Virus record (IMG/VR): IMGVR_UViG_2563366803_000005
Location: 1-49,836 of that record
Origin: a virus
Taxonomy: Duplodnaviria > Heunggongvirae > Uroviricota > Caudoviricetes
Strand: one strand, 5' to 3'
Length of the DNA: 49,836 nt
Positions 8,551 to 16,756 of the stretch are shown piece by piece (position 1 is the stretch's first letter; each line of letters starts with the position of its first letter). The position numbers and the translations under genes were made by a program. The notes under the pieces were generated by a model that saw only the letters and a list, made by a program, of their open reading frames with translations, was not told the origin of the DNA and did not search any database.

Positions 8551-9297
8551 ATGAAAAACATTGCGGCAGTTGGGGTTCTTGAACGTATTCGCAGACTTGC
8601 ACCACAGGGGTCGGTTCCACCGTACCGGACGGTGGAGGAGTGGCGGGAATGGCAACTTGCTGAAGGACGAAAACGCAGCGAGGAGATTAACCGCCAGAAT
8701 CGCCAGTTGCGGGTGGAAAAAATCCTGAATCGTTCGGGCATCCAGCCTCTGCACAGCAAATGCTCGTTTGCAAATTATCAGGTGCAGAACGACGGGCAAA
8801 AATACGCGCTGAGCCAGGCCAAATCCATAGCTGACGAACTGATGACCGGGTGCACGAATTTTGTGTTCAGCGGTAAAACCGGCACCGGGAAAAATCACCT
8901 TGCAGCGGCGATGGGCAACCGGCTGATGGTGAAGGGGCGCAGCGTGATTATCGTCACCGTGTCTGACGTCATGAGCGTGTTGCATGACAGCTACGACAAC
9001 GGCAAATCCGGGGAAAAATTTTTACAGGAGCTTTGCGGGGTTGATTTGCTGGTCCTGGATGAAATAGGCGTTCAGCGGGAGACGAAAAACGAGCAGGTGG
9101 TATTGCACCAGATAATTGATCGCCGGACAGCATCACTGTGCAGTGTCGGGATGTTAACAAACCTGAATCATGCCGCAATGAGTACGCTTCTTGGTGAGAG
9201 GATTATGGACCGCATGACCATGAACGGTGGTCGATGGGTGACGTTTAACTGGGATAGCTGGCGTCCAAATGTCAGCAATATGAGGGTTGTGAAGTAA
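8551..9297 (+). CDS. DnaC-like replicative helicase loader (AAA+ ATPase)
   Basis: 248 aa. Walker A GKTGTGKNHLAAA, Walker B LLVLDEIG. Immediately downstream of the O-like gene. Confidence 0.85.
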   Translation: MKNIAAVGVLERIRRLAPQGSVPPYRTVEEWREWQLAEGRKRSEEINRQNRQLRVEKILNRSGIQPLHSKCSFANYQVQNDGQKYALSQAKSIADELMTGCTNFVFSGKTGTGKNHLAAAMGNRLMVKGRSVIIVTVSDVMSVLHDSYDNGKSGEKFLQELCGVDLLVLDEIGVQRETKNEQVVLHQIIDRRTASLCSVGMLTNLNHAAMSTLLGERIMDRMTMNGGRWVTFNWDSWRPNVSNMRVVK

Positions 9298-9318
9298 TTT
9301 TGTCCGGAGGAAATTTTA

Positions 9319-10089
9319 ATGGAAACCGTATCTGACGCACTGAAAGCACTGAAAAAAGCCTCTTCACATGTGGTGGCAGCTCGCCTTGGAATCAGTCGTG
9401 AAGAGGCTGTCAACGAGCTGTGGGAACTCAAAAGAAAAGGCGTCGTTGATAAAACTGGTCACACCTGGTTTCTAGCTGGCGAAGGTGAATCCCGGGTAAC
9501 CGAAGAGCGGCCAGTAAAATCTGAAGCACAGGATATGCTGACCGGGGAGGTCGAACAAAAAGTTACCGCAGACATGATGATTGAGTTTATCGGTCAGGAT
9601 GGGGCTAAAACGTGTGAGGAACTGGCGGGTAAGTTCGGTGTCAGTACTCGCAAGGTTGCTTCCACGCTGGCGGTGGTAACCGCAACGGGGCGGCTGGCAC
9701 GCGTTAATCAGAACGGTAAATTTCGTTACTGCATGCCGGGCGATAATTTACCAGCAGAGCCGAAAGCCGCTCTGGTAACGGAAAGTGATGGTAAGGCCTT
9801 TCCTCAGCCAGCAGGTGCTGCGTTACCAGTCCGGGAAGCCGCAACACAGGAAGAAATTAAAACAGAAACTGTGGCGGACATTGTGCAGCCGTTGCCATCG
9901 TTTACCGAAACGCAAGCAGATGAGCTGATTTTTCCGTCCCTTCGCAGGGCAAACCTGGCGCTGCGCAGGGCGAAAAGTGATGTTCAGAAGTGGGAGCGAG
10001 TCTGCGCCGCGCTGCGGGAGCTGAACAAGCACCGGGATATTGTTCGACAGATTACTGATTCTTCCCGCCGTGTTGTATCGGAAAAGTGA
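9319..10089 (+). CDS. Hypothetical protein with two winged-helix-like segments
   Basis: 256 aa; RBS GGAGG upstream; function not recognisable from sequence. Confidence 0.5.
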   Translation: METVSDALKALKKASSHVVAARLGISREEAVNELWELKRKGVVDKTGHTWFLAGEGESRVTEERPVKSEAQDMLTGEVEQKVTADMMIEFIGQDGAKTCEELAGKFGVSTRKVASTLAVVTATGRLARVNQNGKFRYCMPGDNLPAEPKAALVTESDGKAFPQPAGAALPVREAATQEEIKTETVADIVQPLPSFTETQADELIFPSLRRANLALRRAKSDVQKWERVCAALRELNKHRDIVRQITDSSRRVVSEK

Positions 10090-10104
10090 TTGCCGGAGGC
10101 GCTT

Positions 10105-10437
10105 ATGGCAAAAGTATTTACACAAGAAGAGCGGGAAAAAATTAAAGGGCAGGTTGTTGAACTTGTACGTCTGAGCGGTCGCGAGACGTTGCGGCAACTG
10201 GAAGCCAAGACAGGTGCGACAAGATATCTGATGAGTGTTCTCGCCAGAGAGCTGGTTGCCAGTGGCGATGTATACAACTCTGGTTACGGGTTATTCCCGT
10301 CTGAACAGGCGCGTAAGGACTGGCAAAACGCCCGCAAAAAACTCTCAAGGGCAAATCTGAAGAAACCATCTGTGGTTGATCCTGACCTTATCTGGTCATT
10401 ACCAGACGGAGAAATACGCCGCTACGACAGGCGTTAA
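10105..10437 (+). CDS. Hypothetical protein
   Basis: 110 aa from ATG 10105 (MAKVFTQEEREKIKG…); CCGGAGG RBS. Confidence 0.5.
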   Translation: MAKVFTQEEREKIKGQVVELVRLSGRETLRQLEAKTGATRYLMSVLARELVASGDVYNSGYGLFPSEQARKDWQNARKKLSRANLKKPSVVDPDLIWSLPDGEIRRYDRR

Positions 10438-10573
10438 AACATAATCTGTAGCGAGTGCCGGAAGAGCGAAGCTATGCAGCGTGTACTGGCTTTCTATCAG
10501 GGTAATTTTCAGAAGGTGCTGTTGTGAGCCAAATTAACAATCGGAACTTCGTGAAGAGAAAGCATAATCCAAA

Positions 10574-10624
10574 TCTGAATAATTAAGTTCAGCACTGTAA
10601 ATAAAATTTAATCCTTAACTGGAG
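10574..10624 (+). repeat. Copy A of a ~50-bp repeated regulatory element (palindrome + RBS)
   Basis: CTGAATAATTAAGTTCAGCACTGTAAATAAAATTTAATCCTTAACTGGAGG; about 85% identical to copy B at 11842-11890. Contains inverted repeat ATTAAgTT…AAtTTAAT; ends in the SD for the ORF at 10633. Confidence 0.55.
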
Positions 10625-10632
10625 GTATATCT

Positions 10633-10845
10633 ATGTCAAATACACAGAAAATTATTAACACTGAAAAATATAACGAGTGGGTGAAAAAATTCTCTGAGCA
10701 GATTTTTAAAATTACTGGCGACGAGAATGTGGCAAAAAATGAATTAGAACCGTGGACACCTGAAGGAAACGCACCAAATTATTGCTGGTGGGAGGTTGAT
10801 CCGGTTGATGCTGCAAATGAAGCCATGAGTTACCACAACGATTAA
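10633..10845 (+). CDS. Hypothetical small acidic protein
   Basis: 70 aa; GGAGG RBS 7 nt upstream; follows repeat copy A. Confidence 0.45.
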   Translation: MSNTQKIINTEKYNEWVKKFSEQIFKITGDENVAKNELEPWTPEGNAPNYCWWEVDPVDAANEAMSYHND

Positions 10846-10854
10846 TGTCGGGAG

Positions 10855-10872
10855 GCCGCCCGAAAGGGCGGT
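10855..10872 (+). promoter_or_regulatory. SD-hairpin-AUG element (CCGCCC-GAAA-GGGCGG stem-loop), copy 1
   Basis: GGGAGG (10850-10855), 6-bp G/C stem with GAAA tetraloop, then ATG at 10878. The same 22-nt element recurs at 11915-11936. Confidence 0.5.
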
Positions 10873-10877
10873 AAGAA

Positions 10878-11096
10878 ATGACTACATTATTGAGAAAAGA
10901 ATATCCGCAAAAAAGTAGGGCAACAGAATTTTTGTTTCTCATTCTGTTTATCGTATTGATGATACCGATATCCCCTCTAATTTTTGTCTGGGCAATCGGG
11001 AAAATAATTGAGCCAGTTACTGAATTGTATACCGACGTTGTATGGGCGTCGTTCAACATACTGCACAATAAAATTAATCCGTATAAGGAAAACTGA
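10878..11096 (+). CDS. Hypothetical small membrane protein
   Basis: 72 aa with a long hydrophobic segment (FLFLILFIVLMIPISPLIFVWAIG); start preceded by the hairpin element. Confidence 0.45.
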   Translation: MTTLLRKEYPQKSRATEFLFLILFIVLMIPISPLIFVWAIGKIIEPVTELYTDVVWASFNILHNKINPYKEN

Positions 11097-11097
11097 T

Positions 11098-11361
11098 ATG
11101 GCAACTTTGACAAAAAAAGAACGGGCATGGTTGAACGAATTACAGGAAGTTCTTGATCGCTGTCCATCACCGAAAAAAATTGGCTTTTACACCATTGGCG
11201 ATAAAAGCATTTACCTGTATGACCTACGCCGCATGGATGAAATCATGGAGGCTCTTGATAATCGTTCGTCGATGGATTGGTGTGTTGCTGTTCATGATAT
11301 GAATGCAGGGTTTGATGAAAAGATTTTGTTCCCCTCATCAGTTGAAAGCACTGCGGGTTAA
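11098..11361 (+). CDS. Hypothetical protein
   Basis: 87 aa from ATG 11098 (MATLTKKERAWLNELQEVL…); AAGGAAA RBS; ATG 1 nt after the upstream stop. Confidence 0.5.
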   Translation: MATLTKKERAWLNELQEVLDRCPSPKKIGFYTIGDKSIYLYDLRRMDEIMEALDNRSSMDWCVAVHDMNAGFDEKILFPSSVESTAG

Positions 11362-11371
11362 GGAGTAACAC

Positions 11372-11515
11372 ATGACCACTATTACCAAAGAACGTATTGA
11401 ATTGTTCATTAAATTTTCAGGAGGCGGTACTGTGAGTGAAATTAGCTATCAGGCTTCAATTACCGCTGGCATTCGCATCAAAGGAGAGGAGCATGGAAAT
11501 AAAACCAGAGGATGA
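11372..11515 (+). CDS. Possible 47-aa micro-ORF
   Basis: Strong RBS AAGGAG 7 nt before ATG 11372 (MTTITKERIELFIKFSGGG…); overlaps the next gene start in another frame. Below the ORF-track length cutoff. Confidence 0.3.
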   Translation: MTTITKERIELFIKFSGGGTVSEISYQASITAGIRIKGEEHGNKTRG

Positions 11516-11849
11516 GTTAAGCAATATCGTTTTATTTCCGGTAAAAGAGGATGACCCTCGTAATCAGGTTAATTTTCTTTATGAGCCATCGGAAAGACCA
11601 TATTGTCATCACGCCTCTGTCCGGGTTGACGAAAAAGAGCGTCAGGTCCGCTGTAAAATCTGCGGTGCAGTTGTGGAGCCATTTGACTGGATGCTCTCTG
11701 TGGCGAAAAGAGAAACCAGACTGGCAGATGATGTAAGGCACTTGCGCCAGGAGGAGCGGGAAAGGCGAAAAAATATAGAAAAGCTAATTCAGATTGAGCG
11801 TAACGCGAAAGCGCGGATACGCAGGGCGACAAAATCCAGAACTGAATAA
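11493..11849 (+). CDS. Hypothetical protein with putative zinc-ribbon (CHH…CKIC)
   Basis: 118 aa from ATG 11493; AAGGAGAGGAG RBS; Cys/His cluster YCHHASVRVDEKERQVRCKICG; basic C-terminus. Confidence 0.5.
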   Translation: MEIKPEDELSNIVLFPVKEDDPRNQVNFLYEPSERPYCHHASVRVDEKERQVRCKICGAVVEPFDWMLSVAKRETRLADDVRHLRQEERERRKNIEKLIQIERNAKARIRRATKSRTE

Positions 11850-11890
11850 TTAAATTTAGCTCTGTTAAAAATTTAATCCTTAACCGGAGG
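11842..11890 (+). repeat. Copy B of the ~50-bp repeated regulatory element
   Basis: CTGAATAATTAAATTTAGCTCTGTTAAAAATTTAATCCTTAACCGGAGG, with perfect inverted repeat ATTAAATTT-N12-AAATTTAAT. Confidence 0.55.
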
Positions 11891-11918
11891 GATTTCTGCA
11901 CCCTCAGAACATCAGGAG

Positions 11919-11936
11919 GCCGCCCGAAAGGGCGGT
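11919..11936 (+). promoter_or_regulatory. SD-hairpin-AUG element, copy 2
   Basis: AGGAGG then CCGCCC-GAAA-GGGCGG, then ATG at 11943. Confidence 0.5.
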
Positions 11937-11942
11937 AGTTAA

Positions 11943-12125
11943 ATGCGAAAGTTTAAAATAATTATTGAAACGGGAATAGCCGGTGGAGATTTCGAGGATG
12001 AATTCGAAGTGGATGATGATGCGACGCCTGATGAAATACATGACGAAGCAAAAGATATTTTCTTTAACTACTGCAATTACTCATATCACGAAATAAAAGA
12101 CGAAGAGGAAGAGCAAAATGGCTGA
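11943..12125 (+). CDS. Hypothetical very acidic 60-aa protein
   Basis: About one third Asp/Glu (…DFEDEFEVDDDATPDEIHDE…EIKDEEEEQNG). Confidence 0.4.
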   Translation: MRKFKIIIETGIAGGDFEDEFEVDDDATPDEIHDEAKDIFFNYCNYSYHEIKDEEEEQNG

Positions 12126-12294
12126 TTTTGGTTCAACTAAATACAACGTCAGTTTTGAAGCATGGCATGAACTGTTAATGGACTATGCAGAGTTACGTGG
12201 TGGCAGTGCTGCTGATGCTGAAGCATGGCGTGATGATTATGAAGCAGGAAAAACTCCGGTCGAAGCATATTGTGATGAGTGGGGCGATGAATGA
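12118..12294 (+). CDS. Hypothetical acidic 58-aa protein
   Basis: MADFGSTKYNVSFEAWHELLMDYAELRGG…; overlaps the upstream stop and downstream start (ATGA at 12291-12294). Below the ORF-track length cutoff; found by reading the DNA. Confidence 0.4.
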   Translation: MADFGSTKYNVSFEAWHELLMDYAELRGGSAADAEAWRDDYEAGKTPVEAYCDEWGDE

Positions 12295-12680
12295 GCGAGA
12301 TTAATTATCAGGAAGGGCATGAAACGGCAGGGCAGGCAAAACCAGTTGCATGGCGATATCGCTACGTGAAAAAAGACGTTACAGACTTTCAGGGGAAGCC
12401 GTGGGCTGGTGACTGGAAATATGTACCGACAAAAGAGGATTGTAACGACAGGCCGAACTATGAAATTCAGGCCTTATTCATCGGCCCGCCAGTCCCGGTG
12501 ACATCAGAAGGACTGGTTAAAGCCGTGCGCTTTTATGAACAGGTAAAGCGTGAGAATCCGCCAGTCGAAACAGGAGCATGGAAGGATGCTGTTGACTGGG
12601 TGCTCAGAGAGGCCTGCTGCGCTGCCATTCTGGGTAAGCCGACAATCCACCAGCATCCGGCAATCAGGTTAGCGAATTAA
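12291..12680 (+). CDS. Hypothetical protein
   Basis: 129 aa; translationally coupled to neighbours; no recognisable motif. Confidence 0.5.
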   Translation: MSEINYQEGHETAGQAKPVAWRYRYVKKDVTDFQGKPWAGDWKYVPTKEDCNDRPNYEIQALFIGPPVPVTSEGLVKAVRFYEQVKRENPPVETGAWKDAVDWVLREACCAAILGKPTIHQHPAIRLAN

Positions 12681-12682
12681 CA

Positions 12683-12805
12683 ATGTGGGTTAAACGACTG
12701 GTCAGTCAACTGAAAAAAGCTCAGCCGGACTGCAAATTACCGGAGAAGGCGATGGATTACCTGAAACGAAATGGACTGATAAGCGTGGAGGATGTTTTAC
12801 GATGA
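12683..12805 (+). CDS. Possible 40-aa micro-ORF
   Basis: ATG 12683 two nt after the upstream stop (MWVKRLVSQLKKAQPDCKLPEKAMDYLKRNGLISVEDVLR). Confidence 0.25.
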   Translation: MWVKRLVSQLKKAQPDCKLPEKAMDYLKRNGLISVEDVLR

Positions 12806-12925
12806 ATATTTAGACTAAAGAGTTTGTAACGCTATGTAAGTGATTTTTTCTGGTTTAGATATTTATATGTCCGGCCAAATTGAGGTGTGTTTAAATGTTA
12901 TTGCACATTGATTGTAGGGGGAATA

Positions 12926-13105
12926 ATGAAAAACGCATTGCAGTTTTTGTTTGTTGCGTTCTGGTTGTTCGCATCATGTATGCCCATCATCTTCACAGCA
13001 AGGTATATGGAAAAAATTGATGTTTTGATATTAATGTTTGGACATATAAATGCCCTTTTTTTAGGGGTGTTCATGGCGGTCATGTGCATTGAATACTGGC
13101 GGTAA
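12926..13105 (+). CDS. Hypothetical small membrane protein
   Basis: 59 aa from ATG 12926 (MKNALQFLFVAFWLFASCMPIIF…); RBS AGGGGGA; two hydrophobic segments; AT-rich. Confidence 0.4.
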   Translation: MKNALQFLFVAFWLFASCMPIIFTARYMEKIDVLILMFGHINALFLGVFMAVMCIEYWR

Positions 13106-13363
13106 ATACAGCGAACGCCATTGGTTTAGTTGGATATTTACTGTGCCGGACAAAAACGGTTTGCGGGGAAATCTTAGTTAAGTAGAATGACTGCGGGTGC
13201 TTGAGGCTATCTGTCTCAGGCATGAACACCAAAAGGCAGATAGAGAAAAGCCCCAGTTAACATTACGCGTCCTGCAAGACGCTTAACATTAATCTGAGGC
13301 CATATCTATGCGACACATAGAGATTAGCCTCTTACGGACCGAAAGGTCAAGGAGAAGCAGGCT

Positions 13364-13519
13364 ATGAAGCAGCAAAAGGCGATGTTAATCGCCCTGATCG
13401 TCATCTGTTTAACCGTCATAATGACGGCACTGGTAACGAGGAAAGACCTCTGCGAGGTACGAATCCGAACCGGCCAGACGGAGGTCACTGTCTTCACAGC
13501 TTACGAACCTGAGGAGTAA
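13364..13519 (+). CDS. hok: Hok/Gef-family type I toxin
   Basis: 51 aa (MKQQKAMLIALIVICLTVIMTALVTRKDLCEVRIRTGQTEVTVFTAYEPEE); Hok pattern with one TM helix and LTRK-x-LCE-x-R motif. A 19-codon upstream ORF (13308-13367) ends in ATGA overlapping the hok start. Confidence 0.8.
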   Translation: MKQQKAMLIALIVICLTVIMTALVTRKDLCEVRIRTGQTEVTVFTAYEPEE

Positions 13520-13586
13520 GAGACCAGGCGGGGGAGAATCCCTCGCCACCTCTGATGTGTCAGGCATCCTCAACGCACCCGCACTT

Positions 13587-13616
13587 AACCCGCTTCGGCG
13601 GGTTTTGTTTTTTCCT
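13587..13616 (+). terminator. Rho-independent terminator after hok
   Basis: CCCGC-TTCG-GCGGG hairpin followed by TTTTGTTTTTT. Confidence 0.6.
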
Positions 13617-13685
13617 GGCATTCTGGTTTACAATTCGCACGCCAGCCTGAACAACTGGCACCTGCTGCGCCAGCAGAGACAACCG

Positions 13686-13964
13686 ATGGCGCACGATACC
13701 AAATTACACAATTCTGATGATTCTGCCGTCTTTGCCAGCAGGCACGGGCGGTGTTCCCGCACTTTCAAATCTGACTGGTTCCAGCATCCCCCATGCACTG
13801 AAGAACAGGCCGAATGGCTGATTCATAACTACCGCAGACACGGATACGAGATTAAGAAAGCCCTCAGCCTCGATTATCGTCACTGGATAATCTCCGTCAG
13901 GCTTCCTTACTCCGAACGCCCACCGCGTCCGTCCCGCACATTCCAGCAACGCATCTGGAGGTAA
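13686..13964 (+). CDS. Hypothetical protein
   Basis: 92 aa from ATG 13686 (MAHDTKLHNSDD…); stop 1 nt before the GTG start of the DUF968-like gene. Confidence 0.45.
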   Translation: MAHDTKLHNSDDSAVFASRHGRCSRTFKSDWFQHPPCTEEQAEWLIHNYRRHGYEIKKALSLDYRHWIISVRLPYSERPPRPSRTFQQRIWR

Positions 13965-13965
13965 C

Positions 13966-15015
13966 GTGCGGGTATTACTTCGATCTGTTCTGGTACCGGA
14001 ACTCGGGCTGGTGATCGTTAAGCCGGGCCGTGAATCCATGCCGGTATTCCACAATACCCGGTTACTGGTGGAGCCGGAACCGAAAAGCATGCGTAATCTG
14101 CCGTCCGGGGTCGTTCCTGGCGCTCGCCAGCCGCTGGTGGAAGACAAAACATTGCTGCCGTTTTTCAGTAACGCACGGGTGATTCGTGCTGCTGGTGGTG
14201 CTGGTGCATTGTCTGACTGGCTGTTGCGCCATATTAAATCCTGCCAGTGGCCACACGGCGATTATCATCACAGCGAAACCGTCATTCACCGTTATGGTAC
14301 CGGCGCAATGGTGTTGTGCTGGCACTGCGACAACCAGCTGCGTGACCAGACATCCGAATCACTCGAGCAACTTGCTCATCAAAACCTGTCAGCATGGATG
14401 ATTGACGTCATCGGTCACGCAATAAGCGGTACGCAGGAGCGTGAATTATCTCTGGCTGAATTATCCTGGTGGGCGGTCCGCAATCAGGTGGCGGACGCGC
14501 TACCGGAAGTGGTATTACGTCGTTCGCTGGGGTTGCGTGCGGAAAAAATCCGCTCAATGTACCGTGAAAGCGACATCGTACCGGGAGAGCAGACCGCCAC
14601 CAGCATACTGAAACAGCGCACAAAAAATATTGCGCCGCTGCCTCACGCCCACCAGCAACAGAACCCACCACAGGAAAAGACGGTGGTCAGCATTGCCGTT
14701 GATCCTGAGTCTCCGGAATCTTTCATGAAACGACCTAAACGTCGCCGCTGGGTTAACGAGAAATACAAACGCTGGGTGAAGACACAGCCGTGTGCGTGTT
14801 GTGGTAAGCCAGCCGACGATCCCCATCACCTGATTGGTCATGGTCAGGGCGGAATGGGGACAAAATCTCACGATATTTTCACGCTACCGCTGTGTCGGGA
14901 GCATCACAACGAGCTTCATGCGGATCCTCTGGCGTTCGAACAAAAGCATGGTTCTCAGGTTGATTTAATTTTTCGTTTTCTTGATCACGCCTTTGCAACT
15001 GGCGTGCTTGGGTAA
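13966..15015 (+). CDS. DUF968-like (YdfU-like) phage protein with C-terminal Cys/His cluster
   Basis: 349 aa, GTG start with GGAGG RBS. C-terminal PCACCGKPADDPHHLIGHGQGG…LPLCREHHNELH is HNH/zinc-finger-like. Upstream of rusA. Confidence 0.7.
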   Translation: MRVLLRSVLVPELGLVIVKPGRESMPVFHNTRLLVEPEPKSMRNLPSGVVPGARQPLVEDKTLLPFFSNARVIRAAGGAGALSDWLLRHIKSCQWPHGDYHHSETVIHRYGTGAMVLCWHCDNQLRDQTSESLEQLAHQNLSAWMIDVIGHAISGTQERELSLAELSWWAVRNQVADALPEVVLRRSLGLRAEKIRSMYRESDIVPGEQTATSILKQRTKNIAPLPHAHQQQNPPQEKTVVSIAVDPESPESFMKRPKRRRWVNEKYKRWVKTQPCACCGKPADDPHHLIGHGQGGMGTKSHDIFTLPLCREHHNELHADPLAFEQKHGSQVDLIFRFLDHAFATGVLG

Positions 15016-15027
15016 AAGAGGTGACTG

Positions 15028-15387
15028 ATGCTCATAGATTTGGTTTTACCTTACCCGCCGACGGTGAACACTTACTGGCGACGCCGTGGCAGCACATATT
15101 TTATCTCGGAGGAGGGAAAGCGTTATCGCCGGGCTGTGGCGCTTATTGTTCGCCAGCAGCGGCTGAAATTAAGCCTGTCCGGAAGGCTGGCGATAAAGGT
15201 GATTGCAGAGCCACCGGATAAGCGTCGTCGCGACCTGGACAATATCCTGAAAGCACCGCTGGATGCGCTGACGCATGCGGGAGTGTTAATGGACGATGAG
15301 CAGTTTGATGAAATCAATATTGTAGGTGGTCAGCCAGTATCTGGTGGACGGCTGGGTGTGAAGATTTACAAAATTGAGAGTGAGTGA
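15028..15387 (+). CDS. rusA: Holliday-junction resolvase RusA
   Basis: 119 aa with RusA signature (…PPDKRRRDLDNILKAPLDALTHAGVLMDD…). Confidence 0.85.
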   Translation: MLIDLVLPYPPTVNTYWRRRGSTYFISEEGKRYRRAVALIVRQQRLKLSLSGRLAIKVIAEPPDKRRRDLDNILKAPLDALTHAGVLMDDEQFDEINIVGGQPVSGGRLGVKIYKIESE

Positions 15388-15950
15388 GCGTAAATATGAT
15401 ATATCCGGAAATTACAGGCAAAAGCGGCGAGCATTTACGTCTAAAAACGCTGGAAGCAGTCTGGATCCAGGGGAAATTACGGATGTGGGGGCGGTGGTCG
15501 TATATTGGCGGCGGTAAGACGGGAAATATGTTCAACCAATTACTGACCTCTAAAAAGCTGACAAAAACGGCAATTAACGAGGCGCTCCGGAGGATGAAAA
15601 AAGCTGGTCTGGACAAACCTGAACTTGAGGCTTTTTTGCGGGATATGATCAACGGCAATCAAAAAAGCTGGCTGGCACATTGTACCGATTCAGAGGCGTT
15701 AATAATCGACAGGGTTATTGGTGAAGTCCTGGCAGGCTATCCCGGGCTGCTCAATGTCCTGAGTCAGCGTTATGTGGGGCGGGGGATGACTAAGCGCAAA
15801 ATGGCTGAACTGCTGAATGATGCACACCCGGAATGGAGTTTAAGAACCTGTGAAAGACGCATTGAGCATTGGCTAAAGGTGGCAGAATTTATTTTGTACA
15901 AACCAATGGTTATGGCTTTTGGTATAGAGAAAAAAGTTATTGCTTTTTGA
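15384..15950 (+). CDS. Putative late-gene antiterminator (Q-like, called by position)
   Basis: 188 aa directly after rusA and followed about 80 bp downstream by a strong terminator; start could be GTG 15384 or ATG 15396. Family not confirmed by motif. Confidence 0.5.
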   Translation: MSVNMIYPEITGKSGEHLRLKTLEAVWIQGKLRMWGRWSYIGGGKTGNMFNQLLTSKKLTKTAINEALRRMKKAGLDKPELEAFLRDMINGNQKSWLAHCTDSEALIIDRVIGEVLAGYPGLLNVLSQRYVGRGMTKRKMAELLNDAHPEWSLRTCERRIEHWLKVAEFILYKPMVMAFGIEKKVIAF

Positions 15951-16026
15951 CGTAAAAACTGCTTCAATTCCGGTACGCTTCGCAAAGCTGTACCACGAGG
16001 CGAATAGCAGACATGGACATTTGAAA

Positions 16027-16052
16027 GAGCCCGCTTTTTGCGGGTTTTTTTA
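16027..16052 (+). terminator. tR'-like rho-independent terminator downstream of the Q-like gene
   Basis: CCCGC-TTTTT-GCGGG hairpin (16030-16044) followed by T7. Confidence 0.6.
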
Positions 16053-16174
16053 TGCCTGAAAAACGGCACAGAACATTAAACGCGCTGGTGGTTGCGAATA
16101 CCGGTCTTTCAGCTTGCTGGCTTTTCCGACAAGAGTTATTGGTATGTTACGTTAACCAGAAAAGGGAAAAAGAC

Positions 16175-16372
16175 ATGCTAAAACAGCAGGATATGACCGA
16201 AACCGCCAGAGTGGTGTTTAATGAGTTAAGCGTCACCGAACCGGCGACAGTCGGGGAGATTGCACAGAATACTTACCTTTCACGCGAACGCTGCCAGTTA
16301 ATACTGACCCAGCTTGTTATGGCGGGTCTGGCAGACTATCAGTTTGGTTGTTACAGACACCTTCAGTCCTGA
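16175..16372 (+). CDS. Hypothetical small protein
   Basis: 65 aa from ATG 16175 (MLKQQDMTETARVVFNELSVTEPATVGEIAQ…); its stop codon lies inside a terminator hairpin. Confidence 0.4.
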   Translation: MLKQQDMTETARVVFNELSVTEPATVGEIAQNTYLSRERCQLILTQLVMAGLADYQFGCYRHLQS

Positions 16373-16385
16373 AGGCTTTTTTATT
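16360..16385 (+). terminator. Rho-independent terminator
   Basis: CCTTCA-GTCC-TGAAGG followed by CTTTTTTATTT. Confidence 0.5.
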
Positions 16386-16756
16386 TGTGGTAAATGGGCG
16401 GCTGGTGGGTGTGGTGGTTGTTGCTTTCCCGTTGCTGAAAAAGAAAACGCCAGACTGTTAGCCGGGTATCAGTTATCTGGAGAAATTTTTAAATACCTCA
16501 CAATTCAGGCGGTTGACTGTTGTCTGGTTTGCGGGGAGTTTGTTAAAAGAAACTGGTATGGTGAATCCCCCTGTGCGGAGGGGCAATCAGCAACTGGTGT
16601 TTTGTCACCGACCCTTATCCTTTCTGTGCGGGTTCAGGTGCTGATACTGAACTCACCGGGAGGCACCCGGCATCATGCAATGGCACATAGCGCCACTCTC
16701 CAGCCCCTCTCCGGAGGGGCTGTTTATATTGATTTTGTCAGATGTGAGTAAACTCC

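Noticed and set aside
8137-8985. 282-aa minus-strand ORF overlapping the O-like and DnaC-like genes
   Set aside because: Antisense to two well-supported genes with clear motifs; no RBS; compositionally odd translation.
16380-16750. tRNA genes downstream of Q, as in Stx phages
   Set aside because: Several G/C hairpins are present, but no GGTTCGAAT-type T-loop and no cloverleaf arrangement was recognised.
16314-16751. 145-aa plus-strand ORF in the Q-nanS intergenic region
   Set aside because: Cys/Gly-rich low-complexity translation spanning several terminator-like hairpins; no RBS; more likely non-coding structured DNA.
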